Shown here piece after piece: positions 28,528 to 35,640 of a DNA stretch of 64,000 bases (position 1 is the first letter of the stretch; each line of letters begins with the position of its first letter). Location of the stretch: contig CAOKAE010000002.1 in the NCBI GenBank assembly GCA_948466335.1, positions 28,029-92,028 of the forward strand. Reading direction: 5' to 3'. The DNA comes from an uncultured Coriobacteriia bacterium (GTDB lineage Bacteria; Actinomycetota; Coriobacteriia; Coriobacteriales; QAMH01). The notes under the pieces were generated by a model. It had not been told where the DNA came from, searched no databases, and worked only from the letters and a program-made list of their open reading frames with translations. Both the position numbers and the translations under genes were made by a program.

Positions 28528-29649
28528 CTAGTCCTCGAAGGGGAACTTGTAATCCAGCCCGAGCTCGTCGCGAATCTGCGTCATCTCGGCTTCCACCGCT
28601 GCGTTGACGGGGATGCCTTTGTCCTTGCGATCAAGCCAGGCCAGGTGCTCCTTCTCGCCTGCCGTATAAATGCGCTCCTCGCCCGGGGCCTTCTCGGATG
28701 CGCGCAGCTCGCGGGAAATGTCGCCCGCGATCTTCCTGAAGGTGTCCTGGCCCATGAATGCATCCGGATCGACCACGAAGAAGAAGTGGCCGAGGCCATA
28801 CATCTGCGGCTTGCTCTCGGGGGAAACGCCCGTGAGCGCCTTCATGAACTCGCCACCGGCAAGGGCCGCCGAAAGAATCTCGACCACCGTGGCATAGCCG
28901 TAGCCCTTGTAGCCTGCAAGCTCCTCGCCGATGCCGCCGAGCGGAGCGAGCGCGGCTTCGCCGGCCACCAGCGCCTTGAGAATCTCGTCGCTATCCGTCA
29001 TGGCGCTGCCATCGCGACCGATGACCATTCCGGCCGGTGTGTCACTTCCCTCACGCGCATAACGCTCGATCTTGCCGCGCTGCGAGATGGACGTTGCGCA
29101 GTCGAGGCAGAAGGGGAAGTCCTCGTCAGTGGGAAGCGCGAAGGTGAGCGGGTTGGTGCCGAGCATGTTCTCGACGCCGAAGGTCGGCGCAATGGAGGGA
29201 CGGGCGTTGGTGCCCGTGATACCGATGAGCCCTTCGTCGCTTGCCATCGTCACCCAATAGCCGGCGATGCCATAGTGCGTGGAGTTGCGAATGGCGCCGC
29301 CAGCCATGCCAAGCGCCTTGGCCTTCTCGATAAGACGCGTCATCATCTCGTAGCTCGCCACCATGCCCATGCCGTCATGGGCATCCATGACGAGCGTGGT
29401 GGGGGTTTCCTTCAGAATCTCGATGTTCGTCTCCGGCAGCAGCGTGCCGTTCTTGATGCGGTCGAGGTAGATGGGCTTGAAGCGGTTGATACCGTGACTT
29501 GCGATACCGCGGCGGTCGGACTCGATGAGAACGTCGGTGCAAATCTCGGCATCTTTGCGGGGAACGCCGTACGCTTCGAAGACATCGACCATGAAGTCGT
29601 GCATGAGGTCCCAGGGGACGTAGCTCTGCGTGTTCTCTTCTGTGCTCAT
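28528..29649 (-). CDS. Ldh_2 family (malate/L-lactate/ureidoglycolate-type) dehydrogenase
   Basis: 373 aa. N-terminal ESDRRGIASHGINRF motif typical of the family. Confidence 0.8.
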   Translation of the reverse strand: MSTEENTQSYVPWDLMHDFMVDVFEAYGVPRKDAEICTDVLIESDRRGIASHGINRFKPIYLDRIKNGTLLPETNIEILKETPTTLVMDAHDGMGMVASYEMMTRLIEKAKALGMAGGAIRNSTHYGIAGYWVTMASDEGLIGITGTNARPSIAPTFGVENMLGTNPLTFALPTDEDFPFCLDCATSISQRGKIERYAREGSDTPAGMVIGRDGSAMTDSDEILKALVAGEAALAPLGGIGEELAGYKGYGYATVVEILSAALAGGEFMKALTGVSPESKPQMYGLGHFFFVVDPDAFMGQDTFRKIAGDISRELRASEKAPGEERIYTAGEKEHLAWLDRKDKGIPVNAAVEAEMTQIRDELGLDYKFPFED

Positions 29650-29804
29650 GGATTGCTCCTTGTTGTTGTCGTGAGATGGCTTTGTTCTTTGCGGCGTATT
29701 ATCGCATGAGCATGTGAAGGACGCGTGATGAGCATTGCTCTCATCATTTCACCCGCAAGTGAGAAGATCGAGATTTCTCGACTCCGGCGCTTCGCGCTTC
29801 CGCT

Positions 29805-29839
29805 AATGAGACAAATGTGTCTGACCAATTTGTCTCATT
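29805..29839 (-). terminator. 12-bp perfect hairpin downstream of hypE
   Basis: Arms AATGAGACAAAT (29805-29816) and ATTTGTCTCATT (29828-29839). Confidence 0.45.
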
Positions 29840-29857
29840 CCGCAGGTCACGATGTTA

Positions 29858-30874
29858 TTAGCAAATGCGGGGAAGCTGTTCGCCGACGAGCATGTCGAGG
29901 ATGCGCTCGCTGCCGAAGGCCGTGCGCAGGTACACACGTCCCTCGCCCGGTAGCACCTCGCCGATGATCGCCGCCTCGACGCCGTACTTGTCGCCGCGCA
30001 TCGCCTCGAGCGCCGCATCGGCAGCCTCGGGCGCGCACACGCAGACCACCTTGCCCTCGTTGGCGACCTGGAAGACGTCGTAGCCAAGCATCTCGCAGGC
30101 GCCGCGTACCTGGTCGTGCACGGGAACCTCGTCCTCGTCGACGCGGATGTCGACATGGGCCGTAGCTGCGAACTCGTTGAGCGTGGAGGCAAGGCCACCG
30201 CGCGTCGGGTCGCGGAAGGCCCGCACGCTGCCAGCGGGGCAGGCATCGAGCACCGCGGCGATCAGATGATTGAGCGGGGCGGCGTCCGATTCGATTTGCG
30301 TCGAGAAGCTCAACTCCTCGCGCGTCGAGATAATCGCGATGCCATGGTCGCCGATGCTACCGCTGATGAGGATCTTGTCGCCGGGCCTGATGTGCGATGC
30401 GGAAAGATCGATGCCTTCGCGCAGCTCGCCGATGCCGGCCGTGTTGATGTAGATGCCATCGCCATGGCCGCGGTTCACGACCTTGGTGTCGCCCGTCACG
30501 ATCTCGACGCCGGCCTCCTTGGCCGTGGCCGCCATGGACGCGCAGACGCGACGCAGGTCATCGAGGGGATAGCCCTCCTCGAGCACGAAACCGCAGGAGA
30601 GGTAGCGCGGCGTGGCACCGCTCGTCGCGACGTCGTTGACCGTGCCGCACACGGCCAGGTGCCCAATGTCGCCACCGGGAAAGAAGTGCGGCGTCACCAC
30701 GAAGGTGTCGGTGGAAAACGCGACGCGCCCGCCCGCGATGGGCAGCGTCGCCGCGTCATCACCACGCCGCAGCGTGTCGCCCGCGTACGCCTCAAAGAAC
30801 AGCGACTCGATGATGTCGCGCATCATCGTTCCGCCGCTGCCGTGTGCCATCAGGACCGTATCGGTTTTCTGCAT
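29858..30874 (-). CDS. hypE: [NiFe]-hydrogenase maturation protein HypE
   Basis: 338 aa. N-terminal AHGSGG, PurM-like fold pattern and the diagnostic C-terminal PRIC. Confidence 0.85.
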   Translation of the reverse strand: MQKTDTVLMAHGSGGTMMRDIIESLFFEAYAGDTLRRGDDAATLPIAGGRVAFSTDTFVVTPHFFPGGDIGHLAVCGTVNDVATSGATPRYLSCGFVLEEGYPLDDLRRVCASMAATAKEAGVEIVTGDTKVVNRGHGDGIYINTAGIGELREGIDLSASHIRPGDKILISGSIGDHGIAIISTREELSFSTQIESDAAPLNHLIAAVLDACPAGSVRAFRDPTRGGLASTLNEFAATAHVDIRVDEDEVPVHDQVRGACEMLGYDVFQVANEGKVVCVCAPEAADAALEAMRGDKYGVEAAIIGEVLPGEGRVYLRTAFGSERILDMLVGEQLPRIC

Positions 30875-30887
30875 TGCCTAGCCGTTC

Positions 30888-31391
30888 CTACTCGAAAATG
30901 GAGCTGATGCTGTCGTAGTGGAGGAAGATGCCCTCGTCTGCCAGGGACTTGATTTCGGCCACGTCGGCAAACTTGAAATCCTCGACTTCCTCTTCCTGGA
31001 TTGCGACCATGGACTCGTCGGCGTCGAGCTCGAACCTGTAGACGACCATGATGTAGTTGTTGTCCTCGTTCGGGTCCTCACGCCTGTAGGTAAGCGCCTC
31101 GTGGGGCGTGGCCTCCGTCACGTCCAGGCCCGTCTCCTCGGCGAGCTCGCGCTTGGCGGCCATCTGCGGCTCCTCGCCCGCGCGCACGGCGCCACCGGGG
31201 AACTCCCACCAACCGGCACCCCAGGCCTTGTCCATCTTGCGTTGCGTGATGAGGTACTTCCCGTCAGGCCTCTGGACGACCGCGAGCACGGACACGTGGT
31301 ATTCGCCTGGCTGCATGTTCCAGTTATCACGTTCCATGGTCTTGCCCGTCTTGTTCATGTCCTTGTCGTAGATATCCCAGATTTCCATCAT
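30888..31391 (-). CDS. NUDIX hydrolase
   Basis: Nudix box GGAVRAGEEPQMAAKRELAEETGL. Confidence 0.85.
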   Translation of the reverse strand: MMEIWDIYDKDMNKTGKTMERDNWNMQPGEYHVSVLAVVQRPDGKYLITQRKMDKAWGAGWWEFPGGAVRAGEEPQMAAKRELAEETGLDVTEATPHEALTYRREDPNEDNNYIMVVYRFELDADESMVAIQEEEVEDFKFADVAEIKSLADEGIFLHYDSISSIFE

Positions 31392-31421
31392 CGGTCGCTT
31401 TCCGCGGAGAGTCAGTCTTGC

Positions 31422-32807
31422 TTACATCATGTTCTTGAGCTGGCTCAGGTCGATATCGCCCAAACCGGGAATGCCCATGCGCCTGCGGCGCTTGCCCTTC
31501 TTGCCGCTTTGCTGGTTCATCGCGCCCATCATCTTCTTGACCTGCTTGCGGGTCTCGTTGTAGCGCTTGATGAGCTGGTTGACCTGCTGAATCGACATGC
31601 CGCAGCCATCGGCGATGCGCTTGCGACGCGAACCGTTGAGCAGCGTGGGCTTGGCGCGTTCGGCCGGCGTCATCGAGTTGATGATTGCCTCGGTGCGGTC
31701 GAGCTCGTGCTCGTCGATCTGGCCCGCGTTGAGCGCCTTGTCGCCGCCGGGCAACGCGCTCACGAGCTTGCCGAGGCCACCCATCTTGCGGGTCTGGCCG
31801 ATGACCTGGAGGAAGTCGTTGAAGTCGAAGTCGGCGCGCGCAAGGCGCTCGGCCTCGGCCTCCTCCATCTCGCGGTCCTGAATCTCGATGGCGCGCTCGA
31901 TGACCGAGACGACGTCGCCCATGCCGAGGATGCGCTTGGCCATGCGGTCGGGATGGAATATCTCGAGGGAGTCGGGGCGTTCGCCCGCCGAGATGAACTC
32001 GATGGGCTTGCCCGTGACCTCGAGAATGGAGAGCGCGCCGCCACCGCGGGCATCGCCGTCCATCTTCGACATGATGACGCCGTCGAAGTCGACCTTCTCG
32101 GCAAACGCCGCGGCAACGTTGACGACATCCTGGCCGGTCATGGCATCGACGACCATGAGGATCTGGTCGGGTTCGACAGCGTCGCGAATCGCGACGGCCT
32201 CGTCCATCATCTCGTCATCGACATGCAGGCGGCCCGCCGTGTCGACGATGACAACGTCACGCAGGTTGTCGATGGCGTCGCGCACGCCCTCGGTGGCGAT
32301 CTTGACGGGGTCCTTGCCGTCGCCGCGATAGACGCGCACGTCCATCTCGTCGCCGAGCGTCTGCAGCTGGTCGGCCGCGGCGGGACGATACACGTCGCAG
32401 GCCACGAGCAGGGGGTTGTGGCCCTGCTTCTTCAGGCGGTAGGCGAGCTTGGCCGCAGCCGTCGTCTTACCGGAGCCCTGTAGGCCCACGAGCATGACGA
32501 CGCCGGGAATCCTGCTGCCGAAGGTGAGCTCGGCGGTCTTGCCGCCCAGGAGCTCGGTGAGCTCGTCGAGCACAATCTTGATGACGTTTTGGCCCGGCGT
32601 GAGCGAATCCATGACCTCGGCGGTCAGGCAACGCTCCTTGACGCGGCGCGTGAAGTTCTTGACGACCTTGTAGTTGACGTCTGCCTCGAGCAGCGCCATG
32701 CGAATCTCGCGAATGCCGTCGTTGATGTCGTCTTCGGTCAAGTGACCCTTGGACTTGAATCCGGAAAACGCCTTTTGCAGCTTGTCGGAAAGACTCTCGA
32801 ACATCAT
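31422..32807 (-). CDS. ffh: signal recognition particle protein Ffh
   Basis: NG domain (GLQGSGKTT, DTAGR, SKMDGDARGG) plus a Met-rich M domain. Confidence 0.95.
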   Translation of the reverse strand: MMFESLSDKLQKAFSGFKSKGHLTEDDINDGIREIRMALLEADVNYKVVKNFTRRVKERCLTAEVMDSLTPGQNVIKIVLDELTELLGGKTAELTFGSRIPGVVMLVGLQGSGKTTAAAKLAYRLKKQGHNPLLVACDVYRPAAADQLQTLGDEMDVRVYRGDGKDPVKIATEGVRDAIDNLRDVVIVDTAGRLHVDDEMMDEAVAIRDAVEPDQILMVVDAMTGQDVVNVAAAFAEKVDFDGVIMSKMDGDARGGGALSILEVTGKPIEFISAGERPDSLEIFHPDRMAKRILGMGDVVSVIERAIEIQDREMEEAEAERLARADFDFNDFLQVIGQTRKMGGLGKLVSALPGGDKALNAGQIDEHELDRTEAIINSMTPAERAKPTLLNGSRRKRIADGCGMSIQQVNQLIKRYNETRKQVKKMMGAMNQQSGKKGKRRRRMGIPGLGDIDLSQLKNMM

Positions 32808-32838
32808 TGCTCCTTATGAAAACCAGCGGCGCATCTTG
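32804..32838. repeat. 35-bp direct repeat, copy 1 (at the ffh start)
   Basis: TCATTGCTCCTTATGAAAACCAGCGGCGCATCTTG, identical to 35606-35640. Confidence 0.95.
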
Positions 32839-33007
32839 AATTCGCCAAAATCTCTGCAGCGAGATACTTGTCGCTGCGACAGTGGAGGTCAGCCACACCC
32901 TCGTCGATAAGAGGAAACAGCTCAGAATCGTAGAACACCTTCATGGCATCCTCGCTGCTCATGTCACCTATCTGGGCGATGAGCGAGATGATCCTCGCGT
33001 ACTTCAT
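32804..33007 (-). CDS. DUF3791-like small protein, copy b (C-terminus runs into repeat copy 1; stop overlaps ffh ATG)
   Basis: The start is set at MKYARIISLIAQIGDMSSEDAMKVFYDSELF (ATG 33007). It resembles copy a in size and pattern. Confidence 0.55.
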   Translation of the reverse strand: MKYARIISLIAQIGDMSSEDAMKVFYDSELFPLIDEGVADLHCRSDKYLAAEILANSRCAAGFHKEQ

Positions 33008-33036
33008 CTGCAAGACAGCTTGCTTGCCAGCATCGC

Positions 33037-33513
33037 TCACGAGGCCTCCCTTCCCTCGACAAAGGTCAGCAACATATCGAGTGCGCGTTGCGTCCGCATG
33101 CATATCTGGTCGTTGGGCTTAATGTAGATAAGACGTCCCAACGCCTCCTCCTCGGTTATCTCGCCCACAAAGAAAAGGTCGAGGGTGGTGAAAACCCTGT
33201 CGTCGGCAACGCCGCCGATGACCACGTCCCATTGGGTGTTGTCGTTTTCGTTGCGGCAGTCGAGGACAAACCGTATCCACTCGCTGTCGTAGGAATCGAA
33301 CTTCAGAACGTCGAGTTCGAGCAGGGCATCCTCGTCGAGCTCGTACTCGTTCACATAGGCTCTCGCGCCACGCCGCGTGAAGCGATTGGCGTAGTTCAGG
33401 GCCTGCTCCTCAAGCGTCGTTACGTAAAACCCGCGCCCAAAGTCGAGGGCGTCCCTAGAGTGTTCCACGTCTGGATGATCGACTATGCACTTGGAGGCAT
33501 GGAAGACCCTCAC
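33037..33513 (-). CDS. DUF3990-like protein
   Basis: 158 aa starting MRVFHAS...GRGFYVT.... The GTG start overlaps the upstream stop (GTGA). Confidence 0.65.
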   Translation of the reverse strand: MRVFHASKCIVDHPDVEHSRDALDFGRGFYVTTLEEQALNYANRFTRRGARAYVNEYELDEDALLELDVLKFDSYDSEWIRFVLDCRNENDNTQWDVVIGGVADDRVFTTLDLFFVGEITEEEALGRLIYIKPNDQICMRTQRALDMLLTFVEGREAS

Positions 33514-33725
33514 GCAACCAGCTCCTTCTCGCGCATGTAAGAGATGAGGTCATCCATCAGATAGTCCTTGCCGAAGGTGTGGAGGACATCATAGGAGGGA
33601 ACGATGTACTCGTAGAGAATCCCGCTCTCCTCGAGAAGATGGTAGACCGCGCGCTGCGACAAACCGAGGCGCTCGGAGAGGTTCCCTATGCAATACGTAA
33701 CGAACTCAATCTCTGCAGCACCCAT
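33510..33725 (-). CDS. DUF3791-like small protein, copy a
   Basis: 71 aa, MGAAEIEFVTYCIGNLSERLGLSQRAVYHLLEESGIL (HTH-like). Confidence 0.6.
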   Translation of the reverse strand: MGAAEIEFVTYCIGNLSERLGLSQRAVYHLLEESGILYEYIVPSYDVLHTFGKDYLMDDLISYMREKELVA

Positions 33726-33928
33726 GGGCTGCTCCGTTCTTTTCGACTTATACTGCCACTGCCAGCGAGGTCACTACCCCTCACCAACAGGCTCGCAGCG
33801 ATGAACCAGCTCAATTCTAGCAAGTTTCCTCATGCGGCAAAGCGTCATGTTTGCAACGAAAAGGTCAGGAAGCGCCTCCACATGGGCTTCTCTGTCTTTG
33901 CCGATTAAACCAACGGATACATAATCCG

Positions 33929-33937
33929 TGTTATAAT
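33929..33937 (+). promoter_or_regulatory. extended -10 (TGtTATAAT) followed by a TTAGCT..AGCTAA palindrome, upstream of the TA pair
   Basis: Read directly, 28 nt upstream of ATG 33965. Confidence 0.45.
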
Positions 33938-33964
33938 TAGCTTACCTTAGCTAAGGAGGTCGCC

Positions 33965-34210
33965 ATGTCACCGGTAACCATGCATGATGCCAAGACGAAT
34001 CTTTCCCGCTATGTCGCCCTTGTCGAGAGCGGAGCAGAAGAGCGCGTGGTGATCGCGCGTGGCGATACGCCTGCTGCCATGCTTGTTCCTTTTGTCCCGT
34101 TAGACACATCCAAGCGCTTGGATGTGGCCAAGGGGAAGTTCGTGGTGCCAGCAGACATCGACAAGCATAACGACGAGATTGCCGAGATCTTCGGCGAGGC
34201 TACCCTATGA
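33965..34210 (+). CDS. Phd/YefM-type antitoxin
   Basis: 81 aa starting MSPVTMHDAKTNLSRYVALVESG... The stop overlaps the toxin start (ATGA). Confidence 0.8.
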   Translation: MSPVTMHDAKTNLSRYVALVESGAEERVVIARGDTPAAMLVPFVPLDTSKRLDVAKGKFVVPADIDKHNDEIAEIFGEATL

Positions 34211-34617
34211 CGCGCTTGCTACTCGACACGCATGTCCTGCTGTTTTCGCTCGCCGAGTCGAGTCGCCTCGGACAGGACGCGCGTCTTCTCATAGCAAGTC
34301 CCGAAAACAGCGTCTTCTATAGCCCAGTCTCCCTTTGGGAAGTCGCAATAAAGCATGCGAAGCATCCCGAGGACATGCCGGTCTCACCGGATGAGCTTCT
34401 GCGATATTGCATCGAAGCGGGATATCGTGAAGCGCCCTTGACATCGGAACAGGTCTGCAAGCTATCGTCAATCGATGCCGATCCAGATAGCCCCATACAT
34501 TCCGACCCCTTCGATCGCATGCTCATCTGTCAGGCCATCGCTGAGAGCATGATATTGCTCACCTGCGACACAAAGATGCTCGCCTACGAAAACGAGCTCA
34601 TCTTGGATGCTAGGTAA
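34207..34617 (+). CDS. PIN-domain (VapC-like) toxin
   Basis: 136 aa with N-terminal LLLDTHVLL and downstream conserved acidic residues (SLWEVAIK, DPFDRMLI, LLTCD). Confidence 0.8.
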   Translation: MTRLLLDTHVLLFSLAESSRLGQDARLLIASPENSVFYSPVSLWEVAIKHAKHPEDMPVSPDELLRYCIEAGYREAPLTSEQVCKLSSIDADPDSPIHSDPFDRMLICQAIAESMILLTCDTKMLAYENELILDAR

Positions 34618-34653
34618 AAGCCAAGCTTTCTATTAAACAGCACAGAAAGCGTG

Positions 34654-35157
34654 TCATCGTCGCGGGGGCTTTCGCGAAACATAGCTTTGGCTTGCGTTAT
34701 ACACATTCGCCGTTTCGTTGAGTTGCTTGCACTCCTCGGCAGGTGACTCAGCGACATGGTGCGCACGTTCTCCCTCACGTTCATCATCCCATGCGCATTC
34801 GTTGATATTCCCGCTTGAATGCGAACGCCCGTACGATGGTTGATAGACTTGGTGTAAAGCTGGCATAGAAGGATTTGAGGCTGCGTCCTCATCCTTTCGC
34901 ATCTCCTCGTCATCTCTATGCTTCTTAGCACGAACATCCTCGTTCTCACCAGACGAACTTAGCAAGTGGCGCACTCCCATACGAATACAACGCGAAATCT
35001 TCAATACTAAGCACAAAAATCCCCCGCTAGATGAAGAGCTGTCATTATCCTCAACCAGAGCTTCATGCTGCGCTCTGCACGTGTTGATATCATCTGCAAC
35101 AGGTTCTTCTTCCAGTTTACATTCTCCCGCAGACCCTTTTTCATATCTGGCGCTCAT
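34654..35157 (-). CDS. hypothetical acidic/Ser-rich protein
   Basis: 167 aa from ATG 35157, preceded by AAAGGAG. No recognisable motif, AT-richer DNA and possibly non-coding. Confidence 0.35.
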   Translation of the reverse strand: MSARYEKGSAGECKLEEEPVADDINTCRAQHEALVEDNDSSSSSGGFLCLVLKISRCIRMGVRHLLSSSGENEDVRAKKHRDDEEMRKDEDAASNPSMPALHQVYQPSYGRSHSSGNINECAWDDEREGERAHHVAESPAEECKQLNETANVYNASQSYVSRKPPRR

Positions 35158-35404
35158 TCGAACTCCTTTGTCCGTTGAACACATCTGACAAAGCAATAAT
35201 ATAGGTCGCACTTGCATTGCTGGCGCAGAGCAAGCAGTGTCAACCCATGTATTACAAAGCACGAGTTCTTTACAGTGTGGAAATCAAAAAAGTGAGAGTG
35301 TTTCGACAATCAGTTTTTTCATAAAACGATAAAGGCATATCTACTTGTAGCTCTCCACCTTTGCCAAAACGGGCTTAGAGCAATCGCCAGGCAGCAAAGC
35401 GCAG

Positions 35405-35440
35405 CCATAAACAAGGAAGCCGCTTGGCAGAGCGGCTTCC
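35405..35440 (-). terminator. intrinsic terminator (serves ftsY and the orphan ftsY 3' end)
   Basis: Perfect 10-bp stem GGAAGCCGCT/AGCGGCTTCC followed by TTGTTTAT on the minus strand. Confidence 0.65.
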
Positions 35441-35464
35441 TCAAAGCAATCTGTGGCGTTCTGT

Positions 35465-35605
35465 TTACTTCACGCCGTACCAGCCGAAGTTTGTCAAACC
35501 GAGAGTGAGGTAGATATAGGTGAGCGGCGCCAAGATCTTTGGTTTAGGGGGAGATTTCTCGACTGCGCTCACTTCGTTCGCTTCGCTCGAAATGACAGAA
35601 GGCAG
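35465..35605 (-). pseudogene. orphan ftsY 3'-end-like fragment (repeat unit plus hydrophobic tail)
   Basis: Hand translation: LPSVISSEANEVSAVEKSPPKPKILAPLTYIYLTLGLTNFGWYGVK*. The first about 55 nt match ftsY 35789-35843 with about 6 differences. The frame is closed upstream by TGA. Confidence 0.55.
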
Positions 35606-35640
35606 TCATTGCTCCTTATGAAAACCAGCGGCGCATCTTG
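35606..35640. repeat. 35-bp direct repeat, copy 2 (true ftsY 3' end)
   Basis: Identical to 32804-32838. It encodes ...KMRRWFS* followed by GGAGCA ATGA. Confidence 0.95.

Larger units (their letters stand above)
32839..35605. mobile_element. 2.77-kb inserted islet between ftsY and ffh, bounded by the 35-bp direct repeats (no recombinase gene)
   Basis: The repeat is the last 25 nt of ftsY plus GGAGCA plus ATGA of ffh, so the two genes were once adjacent. The interior is visibly more AT-rich around 34.6-35.4 kb. Confidence 0.55.

Noticed and set aside
32839-35605. Integrase, transposase or terminal inverted repeats for the islet
   Set aside because: None of the islet ORFs shows recombinase motifs, and the ends are direct rather than inverted repeats. 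The mobility mechanism is therefore left open rather than calling it an IS or prophage.
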